Positions 46,719-55,040 of a stretch of DNA of 64,000 nt are shown here, piece after piece; position 1 is the stretch's first letter; each line of letters begins with the position of its first letter. Position numbers and translations under genes: made by a program. Below the pieces are notes generated by a model. It made no database searches, was not told the origin of the DNA, and saw only the letters and a list, made by a program, of their open reading frames with translations. Origin of the DNA: Escherichia phage rV5_ev147; sequence record LR597647; one strand, given 5' to 3'.

Positions 46719-46937
46719 CGTCTCCCCCTTTCCTCCTGTTAGCAGTGACGTGGTTTGCAATGGCCCCCAGGAGTATTATCACCACGCACATTACAAGAAA
46801 AATTATCTCTGTCGTTGTTCGATCCATTGTTATAAAATTCCTTAAGATCAGGCCTGAAAATAAAGCTTTCGTTATTGAATCCATCCCGCCAGGCGGCTGG
46901 CTTCAAATCTTCACTAAAGGGGTTAATTAACGTGGCA

Positions 46938-47309
46938 TTATTTAAACGGCTGGTCCACATATTTTCTATTCCTCTCAAATAGGCGATCCGCCTCAGTTAA
47001 ACAAATCTCATGGGCGTGATCTCTGGTTTTAGCTTCATCGAAAACCTGTTGTGCAAGGCTGCAACGTAGGGAGACTGGAAGATCGCTGTAGTAGGCGTTG
47101 ACAAATGTTTGAGCGTCGTACAGGTCTGAAAATACTTTACCCTTTCTATTATTCCCCTTGTCAACAATTGCAAGGATAACAAGTACAATAGTTGCAACCA
47201 CCCCCAGGAAAATAGATATAATAAACCATAAAAAAGCGGATCTACCCATCTTGCCAGCGATCCAGGCGTTGAACAAGGCAACTACTACAGCCAAAATAAT
47301 AAATTCCAT
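46938..47309 (-). CDS. Membrane protein (two TM helices)
   Basis: Start refined to ATG 47309 after AAGAGG; MEFIILAVVVALFNAWIAG...FLWFIISIFLGVVATIVLVILAIV. Confidence 0.45.
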   Translation of the reverse strand: MEFIILAVVVALFNAWIAGKMGRSAFLWFIISIFLGVVATIVLVILAIVDKGNNRKGKVFSDLYDAQTFVNAYYSDLPVSLRCSLAQQVFDEAKTRDHAHEICLTEADRLFERNRKYVDQPFK

Positions 47310-47373
47310 TCTATGTACCTCTTTTGCAGTTCTGTTTAACAATAAGGCGGCAAATATGCCGCCTGTTACCTGA

Positions 47374-47754
47374 TTAAAAAATATCGCCGTAAATCTTTCC
47401 GCTTTCTGCCCACACCACCACGCGGGGCATGTTATCCCATACATCTTGTTTCAGATTTAACGCGTGCAATTCTTCGGTGGTGCTCATACCGGGCACGGGC
47501 TGATTGTATACTGCAAAACGACCGCCTGCATAATCATAGGCCAGAGTTAAATCACACTGGATCATCTTTTTGATCATGGCGTTAAGCATAGCGTTAGCCG
47601 CGTACTGGTCACGTTTTAAAGGCAACTCTTTGATTAGTTTGCGATAGTTTTCGATATGGTCGCACACTGTTTCACGTGGAAGATCTTTCATATCTTCACG
47701 GAATGTAACCAGGTTAAACATAACGGTGTCAATAGCTTTAGTAGTGTTTTTCAT
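47374..47754 (-). CDS. Hypothetical protein
   Basis: Start refined to ATG 47754 after AAGAGGAAAA. Confidence 0.45.
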   Translation of the reverse strand: MKNTTKAIDTVMFNLVTFREDMKDLPRETVCDHIENYRKLIKELPLKRDQYAANAMLNAMIKKMIQCDLTLAYDYAGGRFAVYNQPVPGMSTTEELHALNLKQDVWDNMPRVVVWAESGKIYGDIF

Positions 47755-47844
47755 GATGTTTTCCTCTTTGTTTTGTGGGGGGCAAGTCATCTCGCCCCTT
47801 GAGTTTTTAATATAGCAGGTTTTTAGATTATTGCAACACTTTAT

Positions 47845-48468
47845 TTATGAAAAACTCATCTCCCCATATTCATCCACATCAAACCGCCAATCATTGGCTT
47901 CAATAAGGCCGATCAGGTTTTCGGTAGTAAACTGTTCAAGATAGGCCTCCTCCAGGTCTACGTAAACCTTGCGGGATAGCTCCCGTACCGTCTCGGTGAT
48001 CAGCTCTTCCAGCTCTTCAACTTTGTCCTCTTGCTTGGTGGTCAGGTCTAGCCAATTAGTATCGATGCACCCTCCTATTGTGTTTTCGTGATGATAATGG
48101 CTAAACGGGATACGTTCAACACTGGCTGATAACTCGCCATCGTGCATTGTGCCGAACAAGTGACGAATTGATCGGAACTTGGTCAGGGCCTTTACTTTAC
48201 GCAAGAATTTTTCTAAATCCACGTTTTCAGCACTGATTGACGCGCCATCGCCTTGACACCAAAAGCCGGACCAACGTACTTCGGTATCTTCAAGGCCGTA
48301 CTCTGGAAAGACATATTCTTTATAGTGTTCAATTACACTTTCTGCAAAAAAATTATCCCCGCTGTGTTCTTCTCTTTCGCGGACCATTTCAATAGCTTTT
48401 TCTTTTTGTTCGTCGGTCAGCACGTCGAAAGATAAATTGTAACCTGTGGTAATGTTAACGGTGGTCAT
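47845..48468 (-). CDS. Hypothetical protein
   Basis: 207-aa ORF; promoter TTGACA-16-TATACT, 5' hairpin GGCGGGAAaactTTCCCGCC, AGGAG SD. Confidence 0.5.
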   Translation of the reverse strand: MTTVNITTGYNLSFDVLTDEQKEKAIEMVREREEHSGDNFFAESVIEHYKEYVFPEYGLEDTEVRWSGFWCQGDGASISAENVDLEKFLRKVKALTKFRSIRHLFGTMHDGELSASVERIPFSHYHHENTIGGCIDTNWLDLTTKQEDKVEELEELITETVRELSRKVYVDLEEAYLEQFTTENLIGLIEANDWRFDVDEYGEMSFS

Positions 48469-48542
48469 GATATTTTCTCCTATTTTCTTTGTTAGTGGCG
48501 GGAAGTTTTCCCGCCTGTGTGTTTAAGTATACTTATCGAGAT

Positions 48543-48803
48543 TTACTTGTCAACACTATTTTTTAAATTATTGTGGCGTAAAATGTTCAAGATCTCTTCA
48601 ACGTCATCAACACGGCGGCAATTTTTAAACGCTACCAGTTGCCCCAGTATTTTAATCACTGGACGGCCTTGCCAGTGCCCTTGGAGAAAGCGAGCTTTAA
48701 CTTTATCGGTGGAACTATCACGCCACCAAATGGCCTTGTTGTTGCAGTAGTAAAAATTATTCAGGACAACATCAACTTTATCAAAATTTTTTAATTTACG
48801 CAT
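48543..48803 (-). CDS. Hypothetical protein
   Basis: 86-aa ORF. Confidence 0.4.
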   Translation of the reverse strand: MRKLKNFDKVDVVLNNFYYCNNKAIWWRDSSTDKVKARFLQGHWQGRPVIKILGQLVAFKNCRRVDDVEEILNILRHNNLKNSVDK

Positions 48804-49045
48804 GGCGTTTACTCCTTTCTCTCTTTGATGTGGTTAGTATAGCTAACCTGTTTAAGATGTCAAGCTTTAAATAAAATCACTGTCAATGATATTTTTAACG
48901 CCATAAAACGGCCCTAAGCGATGTTTTCAGGTTAAAGGGGGGGCGATTGCATAGGTGGGGCCTTTTTGGCGCTTACAGGGCCAACCGGGGGCGCTATTCG
49001 TAGGATAGAAATAAAAAGCCCCGCACAATGGCGGGGCGTTGGTTG

Positions 49046-49243
49046 TTATTTGCCTTTGTGGCGGTATCGTTCCGCCTGTCGTTCACGTTCCAAAAGCAGG
49101 CCCGGTAATTTGCGATCATAATGATTCCGCCAGATCTTCCCAAATCTTTTTGGCTTATTCAGTTTATTGTTGCGCTGGCGGCGTTCCGGCAGCTCTTCGG
49201 AAGCATGAGATCGCTTTACAATCTTCTCAAAATTAATCTTCAT
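49046..49243 (-). CDS. Hypothetical basic protein
   Basis: Start refined to ATG 49243 after AAGGGGGG; Arg/Lys-rich. Confidence 0.4.
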   Translation of the reverse strand: MKINFEKIVKRSHASEELPERRQRNNKLNKPKRFGKIWRNHYDRKLPGLLLERERQAERYRHKGK

Positions 49244-49297
49244 ATATTCCCCCCTTGCTAACTTCAATATTGGCCTGAATAGCCCGGATACGGCGCT

Positions 49298-49585
49298 TTA
49301 TAACTTCCTGATCTGTGTGATCGTATCCCAAAAGTCTACGATTTTTGCGCCTCCAGCCTTTAGGCGGTATAGTGTTTCTTGCATCTTGTAAGCCGGGATC
49401 GGTCGCGGTGTTACCTGGTCGCCCTTCTCATTCTTGTACTTGATAATATAGTCTTCATTGTCGTTGAATACCCAAAACGGGTATTCTGTAAGGGCGTTGC
49501 TATCTTTTTCGTTTTTAGATTGGATCTTGTTTACAATTAAAGCCGTAGCAATAGCGCCAATAATAAAACTTGCCCCGCTGATCAT
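49298..49585 (-). CDS. Membrane-anchored protein
   Basis: Start refined to ATG 49585 after AAAGGAGAAAG; N-terminal TM ISGASFIIGAIATALIV. Confidence 0.45.
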   Translation of the reverse strand: MISGASFIIGAIATALIVNKIQSKNEKDSNALTEYPFWVFNDNEDYIIKYKNEKGDQVTPRPIPAYKMQETLYRLKAGGAKIVDFWDTITQIRKL

Positions 49586-49660
49586 GTACTTTCTCCTTTC
49601 ATTGTATTGATAAACTATCTTTATAGATGGCCCTGCTACCAGGACCACCGAAAAAACAGC

Positions 49661-49906
49661 TTATTTGACGATACCGACAAAACAGATCCCGCCTTCCCCT
49701 ATATAGGCAATATCGGTAATTTTATAATTTGTCAAGATCCGCGTGTTCAGATCATTAATAAAATCGGTCATCGCGTTGGTGTAGTTGTCTTCCGTGTCTA
49801 AGGCATAATCCCAGGTGTACACCTTTTTACGTCCGAAGCCTTTTACCATGATACGGGCGCTTTTGGTGTTGGTAGGGGCATAATATTTGGTGATTAGTGC
49901 TGCCAT
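49661..49906 (-). CDS. Hypothetical protein
   Basis: 81-aa ORF driven by 44-bp repeat copy 2; TAGGAG SD. Confidence 0.45.
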   Translation of the reverse strand: MAALITKYYAPTNTKSARIMVKGFGRKKVYTWDYALDTEDNYTNAMTDFINDLNTRILTNYKITDIAYIGEGGICFVGIVK

Positions 49907-49949
49907 GGTTTTAACTCCTATGCATTAGTTCAGTGTTAACAGTATAAAG

Positions 49950-49993
49950 TTTACTTTATTGATGGCCCTGGAGTCAAGGCCATCTAAAAATAA
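49950..49993 (-). promoter_or_regulatory. Conserved 44-bp element copy 2
   Basis: Identical 44-mer to 46211-46254. Confidence 0.5.
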
Positions 49994-49995
49994 TC

Positions 49996-50337
49996 TTACT
50001 CGTTTTCTTCCAGTTCTGCAAGCTCTTCTTTTGCTTCTTCTAACTCTGTCTGTAATTCCTGGTATTCTTCATCGTCCTCAATATCCAGGCTGTCGATGTA
50101 GTCGCTAAATCCGCAGCGGTAAGCGATAGGATCTAGCTCCTTGAGGATACGCGACGGAAGAAAAGAAATGTTTCCGATCATAATTTCGCCGTAGATCTCG
50201 TCTAACCATTCATCATAGTTTTCGTCGTACTTGTCCTCGTCGATTTCAAAGTTATCGATCTTGTTCTCAAGGTCTGCGATCTGTTTTTTCAGTGCGGCGA
50301 TCTGAATAGCTTTTTCTGCGGCGGTCATAGTAGTCAT
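49996..50337 (-). CDS. Hypothetical acidic coiled-coil protein
   Basis: 113-aa ORF; promoter TTGACA-16-TATACT and 5' hairpin GGGAAaactTCCC upstream. Confidence 0.45.
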   Translation of the reverse strand: MTTMTAAEKAIQIAALKKQIADLENKIDNFEIDEDKYDENYDEWLDEIYGEIMIGNISFLPSRILKELDPIAYRCGFSDYIDSLDIEDDEEYQELQTELEEAKEELAELEENE

Positions 50338-50416
50338 GGTGTTTTCTCCTTTTGTGTGCTCTGGGAAGTTTTCCCGTTTACGTGTTTAAGTATATCAATC
50401 TAAGTTAGCTTGTCAA

Positions 50417-50536
50417 TTAAAAATTTAAGAAAAATTTTGCAAAACTGTTAGCGCTACTCATTAACATTTGCGCCAGGATGTAACCGACAACGCAGGCGAT
50501 AATAGTTACCTTTGTGTATTGGCGTGTAGTGCTCAT
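50417..50536 (-). CDS. Small hydrophobic peptide (39 aa)
   Basis: ATG 50536 after AAGGGGG; MSTTRQYTKVTIIACVVGYILAQMLM...; driven by 44-bp repeat copy 3; below ORF-track cutoff. Confidence 0.35.
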   Translation of the reverse strand: MSTTRQYTKVTIIACVVGYILAQMLMSSANSFAKFFLNF

Positions 50537-50570
50537 CTTAAAGCCCCCTTTTTCGCTTAGCTGAGATTAA

Positions 50571-50614
50571 TTTACTTTATTGATGGCCCTGGAGTCAAGG
50601 CCATCTAAAAATAA
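50571..50614 (-). promoter_or_regulatory. Conserved 44-bp element copy 3
   Basis: Identical 44-mer to 46211-46254. Confidence 0.5.
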
Positions 50615-50616
50615 AT

Positions 50617-51021
50617 TTAGTAAGTTTTAAGTACTTTACCGTCTAACCTGTCAAGCTGGATCTCAATAGCTGCAGAGAATCTATTGTACACCACATCGCC
50701 CATAGAATCCAACCAGTCTATGACATTATACACTTGCTCTTTGTTCTTGCAGGTCCGGATCCGTTTCATGATGTAAGCCGGATCAATATTGGTACTCTCG
50801 TTGGTGCTCCCCTGTACCTGGTTTGCCGTATTAGTTACATCTTTAATGGCCTTTACCACCACCTGGAATGGCTTTAAGGTGCCTTTTGCGTTCATCTCAC
50901 GCGCTTTTGCGGCGCGGTTGTTATATGTTACACAACGGCGGCAAATGTTGATCAAATGCATGTCAATAATTTTTTCATCGTTTGCCAGTTCATTCATGAT
51001 GCGGCGTACGTTCTTATTCAT
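50617..51021 (-). CDS. Hypothetical protein
   Basis: 134-aa ORF; 5' hairpin GGCGGGAAtgtTTCCCGCC and SD upstream. Confidence 0.45.
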   Translation of the reverse strand: MNKNVRRIMNELANDEKIIDMHLINICRRCVTYNNRAAKAREMNAKGTLKPFQVVVKAIKDVTNTANQVQGSTNESTNIDPAYIMKRIRTCKNKEQVYNVIDWLDSMGDVVYNRFSAAIEIQLDRLDGKVLKTY

Positions 51022-51103
51022 GATCTTTTTCCTTTGTGTTGGCGGGAAACATTCCCGCCTTTTGTGACTAGTTTACTTGAATTTTGCAGCGTGTCAACAA
51101 TTT

Positions 51104-51502
51104 TTATTCGTGGGCGCATGTTACAATGTGCTTTTTATAGCCAAGGTGGTTAGCAAGTGCCGACAAAAACTCTTCTTCATAGATCCAGCCGTTGGCAGTG
51201 ATCCCCATAGCATTTAATGCGCTCTCAAGTGCTGCATTAGCTTTATCGTAACCGTGACCGCTCGCCTTCCCGCCAGTATAACCGTACTTATTGTTCTTGT
51301 TGTCGTGAATCCAAAAAACGCAGTATTGAGTGTTCCCGCTGGCGGCGGCATAATACCGGATCTCAGCTACTTCGTGCAAATTATTGTCATCGTCCAGGCC
51401 AACCAGATTATAAGCCTTGTAGAATCCACGATCACGGCGGCAGTTCTTGACATCAGAAAAAGAAAAGTCCGCATTATCAAAGTTAAAGGTAGTGGTTTTC
51501 AT
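51104..51502 (-). CDS. Hypothetical protein
   Basis: 132-aa ORF. Confidence 0.4.
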   Translation of the reverse strand: MKTTTFNFDNADFSFSDVKNCRRDRGFYKAYNLVGLDDDNNLHEVAEIRYYAAASGNTQYCVFWIHDNKNNKYGYTGGKASGHGYDKANAALESALNAMGITANGWIYEEEFLSALANHLGYKKHIVTCAHE

Positions 51503-51566
51503 GATTTTATCCTCTTAGTGTCTTTTGTGCTTTTAGTGTATTTGGTGTCGGACTATATGTCAATAC

Positions 51567-51764
51567 CTATTTTTTATTAAACCAGTGGTTGATCTGGCCT
51601 TTTGTCAGGGCGCAACGATTAAGCTGTTGCCGGGTATAGCTCTGACCGCGACGGAATTTATAAAGGCCTTGCCCGTTGTTGATGGTTACGTCCGCCTGGC
51701 AAACCATTTGATCGGTGACGGCCTGGCGAGTGTTGCGACGTACTTTAATTCCGTAGGCGTTCAT
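51567..51764 (-). CDS. Hypothetical basic protein
   Basis: 65-aa ORF. Confidence 0.35.
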   Translation of the reverse strand: MNAYGIKVRRNTRQAVTDQMVCQADVTINNGQGLYKFRRGQSYTRQQLNRCALTKGQINHWFNKK

Positions 51765-51851
51765 GATTTTTATCCTCTCTGTTAATTAGTGTGGTGTTGT
51801 TCACCTTGCGAGGATAAGAATAACAGAACTATCCGAGCTGTCAACCATTGG

Positions 51852-52022
51852 TTAGAATTTTTTTGGTAAGAATTCTCCAGCCGCCGCCCCTGCCAGGTTA
51901 ACCATCATTTTTTCGTACTCTTCTTTATGTTCCAACGCTCCCGCCATAGCCTTTTCAACCAGGGCGATAGCCTCAGCGTCATTAATAGCTACATTTTCCA
52001 GGGGGATCATATTACCTTTCAT
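51852..52022 (-). CDS. Hypothetical small protein (56 aa)
   Basis: ATG 52022 after GAGGAGG SD; below ORF-track cutoff. Confidence 0.35.
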   Translation of the reverse strand: MKGNMIPLENVAINDAEAIALVEKAMAGALEHKEEYEKMMVNLAGAAAGEFLPKKF

Positions 52023-52239
52023 TTTTGTACCTCCTCTTCAATTGTTACCTATCCTATAGCATAGGCCCACCAGGTTTGCAAGCCTTCATTCTCTCCTACC
52101 TGGTCAGTTAGGTCCTGCCAGGCTGGCCCCGCCAGGTTGCAGCGGTCAGCGCATCAGGTTAGAAAAATTTTTTTGAAAAGTGTTGACAGCGGCCCCGCCA
52201 GGTGGCACAATATACCTATCGAAAGGACGGCAGGCACCG

Positions 52240-52440
52240 GTGACGGGGAGACAACCACCGGGGATGGGCGCTGCATAAAATGAGAACGGTTATCATTATC
52301 GTCTAAAAATTTATGCAAAAACTTCTTGCTTTCTTTGTCCTGTGTGTTACTATAATAACAAGCCGGGGCAGTAGGGGCCGGGAGACAATCACCGGGGGTG
52401 CCCGTTATTCTGCAAACGAGAATGATTATCATTCAAAATT
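52240..52440. repeat. Two tandem diverged GC-rich units, each followed by an ATGAGAA/GAGAATGA box
   Basis: GGGGAGACAACCACCGGGG (about 52248) and GGGAGACAATCACCGGGGG (about 52383), each followed by ...TGAGAA...TTATCATT; ATGAGAActtttCTCATTTC hairpin at about 52445. Confidence 0.6.
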
Positions 52441-52566
52441 CTAAATGAGAACTTTTCTCATTTCATAAATTTAGTTAGCATGCTAATTACCTACCGTGAC
52501 AATTCTATATAAAATAATACCTCCTAAAATATTTCCATATACAAATTTTAAAAATCCATTTCCGAA

Positions 52567-52718
52567 AACGAAAAATCGCTTTCGTTCCCAAAAATTTTAG
52601 ACCTGGTGCTGGACCAATTTCAAGAAAATCCGATTCAGAAAACGAAAAACAGATCGAGTACTGAGAAGTTTATCGAGAAAAATTTTCAGAAAATTCAATC
52701 TTTGAAACGAAAAACAGA
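52567..52718. repeat. GAAAACGAAAAA direct repeats in a non-coding stretch
   Basis: GAAAACGAAAAACAGATCGAGTAC at about 52637 and 52695 (24 bp, exact); related GAAAACGAAAAATCGCTTTCGTT palindrome at about 52567. Confidence 0.6.
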
Positions 52719-53038
52719 TCGAGTACCTAGAAAGCTGCACCGCAATTTCAAGATGGTGGTTAGATTATTACCATAAAAGGTCAAGGGTGAGTGGGAAAGT
52801 TCTGGTAGAGGGGTGTGAGCATACGCGGAAAATCTAGAATGGTAGTCCGGAATATGGTGCAAACGATAGGATGAGTGGTTCAGCTCGTCGTGCCTACTCT
52901 GAAAAAATCCATTTTAGTTTTCGATCCATTTTCTGATTTTCTAACAATTTTAAAATATCTGGCCGGGTGAAATATCAAAAGGAGGAAATCCATTTTAGAA
53001 ATCCTCCTTATACTTGATATGTCAGAAATTTTCAAGTA

Positions 53039-53368
53039 TCAGCTATCTTTGTTTTTAGGTTTATACATGCGGAGAGGTATAGTCTTTGTAACATTCCATT
53101 TACTCAACCCTTCCCAGCTCCAGTTGTGGGCATGGTATCCGGTTATGCATGCACTGCTGGAGTGATCGTAAGCATAAGAGAACGCTAAGCGCACCAGGTG
53201 AGGCCAGTCTTTCCACGGTTGTGGTCCGTAAGCTTTTCTCCAACACCGACACAAACTAAATGTCTCAAGAATAGGCAGGATAACAAATCCATACACCGCC
53301 ACCAGAATAGCCAGCGCAATGATTGTCAGGAATACATACCCTGCAGTTGAAACGATGATCTCTGTCAT
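53039..53368 (-). CDS. Membrane protein
   Basis: N-terminal TM segments IIVSTAGYVFLTIIALAILVAVYGFVILPI. Confidence 0.45.
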   Translation of the reverse strand: MTEIIVSTAGYVFLTIIALAILVAVYGFVILPILETFSLCRCWRKAYGPQPWKDWPHLVRLAFSYAYDHSSSACITGYHAHNWSWEGLSKWNVTKTIPLRMYKPKNKDS

Positions 53369-53568
53369 TTGTCGTCCCCTTTCTTACGGATATAGATGTG
53401 AGAGCCTGCCTGTATATAAATTTCTCGACCATCTTCTGCAAAGATATGAAATACACGATCACCTTCATACTCGATACGTGATATCTTCATAATGGTCTTT
53501 CCACCTGGGATGCGGATCTCGTCCCCCACAGCGATGTTCCATGCAGATTTAAGCTTAAACATCTGCAC
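53365..53568 (-). CDS. Hypothetical protein
   Basis: 67-aa ORF, ATGA-type overlap. Confidence 0.4.
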   Translation of the reverse strand: MQMFKLKSAWNIAVGDEIRIPGGKTIMKISRIEYEGDRVFHIFAEDGREIYIQAGSHIYIRKKGDDK

Positions 53569-53800
53569 CCTCCTTTGGGAACTTAAACTCTGGCATAGCC
53601 ATATACGCTACAACAGGGTTGTGATCAAAGTAGAACTGACCGTTAATTATCCCGGTTTTGTCCACATAGTTACCAGATCCTGCAAGAACAACCTCGCAAG
53701 CTCCGAAATCCACATTGCCATCCTCATCAGCCATGGCTACGATATACTTTCCAAGAGGCATGTTTTTAACGCCGTCTACAAATGTCCACCCTTTGTTCAT
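53555..53800 (-). CDS. Hypothetical protein
   Basis: 81-aa ORF. Confidence 0.4.
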   Translation of the reverse strand: MNKGWTFVDGVKNMPLGKYIVAMADEDGNVDFGACEVVLAGSGNYVDKTGIINGQFYFDHNPVVAYMAMPEFKFPKEGADV

Positions 53801-53820
53801 ACTTTATCTCCTGCATTCTC

Positions 53821-54153
53821 TTAAGGTAACCAGTAAACAATCTCGCCTTTCAGCTTCATGTCGTTTCCAACATAAATTTGCCAGCCATCCATCTTAGCAG
53901 CTGCAGGCCCAAAGTCATCCGCACCCCTTACCTCTTTCCAGGTCCCGTAGTCAGGTTGCCAGATGTAAAATCCACCTTCTTTGTCCCATGCTCCATACAC
54001 TACGTTTAACAAGTTTCCCATTGCAACAATAGTGGGCCGTGGGAACAATGCATCTACAGATGCGCCACAATATCTGGTATCTTTTAAATTGCACTCCCAA
54101 AAGATGTCTGCCAGTGTGGCGGCGATAGCTTTACGTCTTTCTAATGTTACCAT
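53821..54153 (-). CDS. Hypothetical protein
   Basis: 110-aa ORF. Confidence 0.4.
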   Translation of the reverse strand: MVTLERRKAIAATLADIFWECNLKDTRYCGASVDALFPRPTIVAMGNLLNVVYGAWDKEGGFYIWQPDYGTWKEVRGADDFGPAAAKMDGWQIYVGNDMKLKGEIVYWLP

Positions 54154-54160
54154 ATCATAC

Positions 54161-54352
54161 TCACTTGTTGTTAATAAGTTCTAAAACTTTCTGTCTTACC
54201 TTATCAATATCTGTTGATTCAAAAACTGTACGATATCCCCAACTTTGCCCATAAGAATGGCTGCAATCACCATAACACCATTGCTCAATTTGATAGTATT
54301 CAAGGAACGGGTGCTGTCTAACTATGATACCGTCCCGGTTAAAAATTACCAT
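54161..54352 (-). CDS. Hypothetical protein
   Basis: 63-aa ORF. Confidence 0.35.
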   Translation of the reverse strand: MVIFNRDGIIVRQHPFLEYYQIEQWCYGDCSHSYGQSWGYRTVFESTDIDKVRQKVLELINNK

Positions 54353-54415
54353 AATACATCACTCTCTGTTAGTTTATGCGTATATTATACACTGCAGTTT
54401 TCAGATGTCAACCTC

Positions 54416-54610
54416 TTACAGATTGCTCCAGTACAATCGGCATTTACATTTTGGGCAATGAGGTTCTTTTATGTAATAACCGTCAGTCTTTGGAACACTT
54501 TTTGGTGCAGTTTTAATATTGTACCTGGTAAAACATCGGAAGCAGGTTACCTCTCCAATCTGTTGATCGTTGATCCACTCGCCAGAGTAAAGTTCTTTCT
54601 TGTTCCTCAT
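54416..54610 (-). CDS. Small zinc-ribbon protein
   Basis: CFRC...CPKCKC Cys pairs. Confidence 0.4.
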   Translation of the reverse strand: MRNKKELYSGEWINDQQIGEVTCFRCFTRYNIKTAPKSVPKTDGYYIKEPHCPKCKCRLYWSNL

Positions 54611-54819
54611 AAGCCCTCCTCAGTCCTCCAGAACAAATACCAACTCTCCGGTAAATGTTTTTGCAAAGTAATAGCCTGAACATTCATCACTTTTGTACAG
54701 CCACCACGTGTCCCAGTCAGGAAGTCGTACAAGGATATGCTAGGCCCATCTATTACTGGGTATTCTTCAAACGGCCCTTGATTATCCGATTGCGTGGACA
54801 CACATATGCAGGTTTTCAT
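54607..54819 (-). CDS. Hypothetical protein
   Basis: Start refined to ATG 54819; a 56-codon GTG-initiated ORF (about 54816-54986) with AGGAGAG SD lies just upstream. Confidence 0.35.
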   Translation of the reverse strand: MKTCICVSTQSDNQGPFEEYPVIDGPSISLYDFLTGTRGGCTKVMNVQAITLQKHLPESWYLFWRTEEGL

Positions 54820-55040
54820 GCCAGAATCTCCAGCCAGAAAGCGCACGGGAACACTTTGATGATTGAATCTTTACCCGGTTCGGCAGTTCTTTTTCCGTAG
54901 GGTAGGTAGAAATACCCTCCTGCAGATTCGAACACAGCCCCTTCGGTTGTATCTATCACAGCTAGAATTAAGATTTTAGTCTCCACAGTGCTCTCCTCTC
55001 TTAGTTGTTGTGGAAACTATATCACCTCAGAAGATGGTCG

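Noticed and set aside
46938-47444. Long N-terminal extension of the membrane protein ORF (168 aa as listed)
   Set aside because: The extension has no SD and overlaps the upstream transcription unit; an internal ATG at 47309 has a strong AAGAGG SD and begins exactly at the first TM helix.
49046-49243. Possible ribosomal protein S21-like basic protein
   Set aside because: Arg/Lys-rich composition is reminiscent of S21 but no motif-level match could be made by eye; kept as a hypothetical basic protein.
52154-52432. 92-codon minus-strand ORF in the track
   Set aside because: Low-complexity translation (P/S/V/A runs) that follows the tandem DNA repeats, with no SD; more likely a by-product of the repeat structure.
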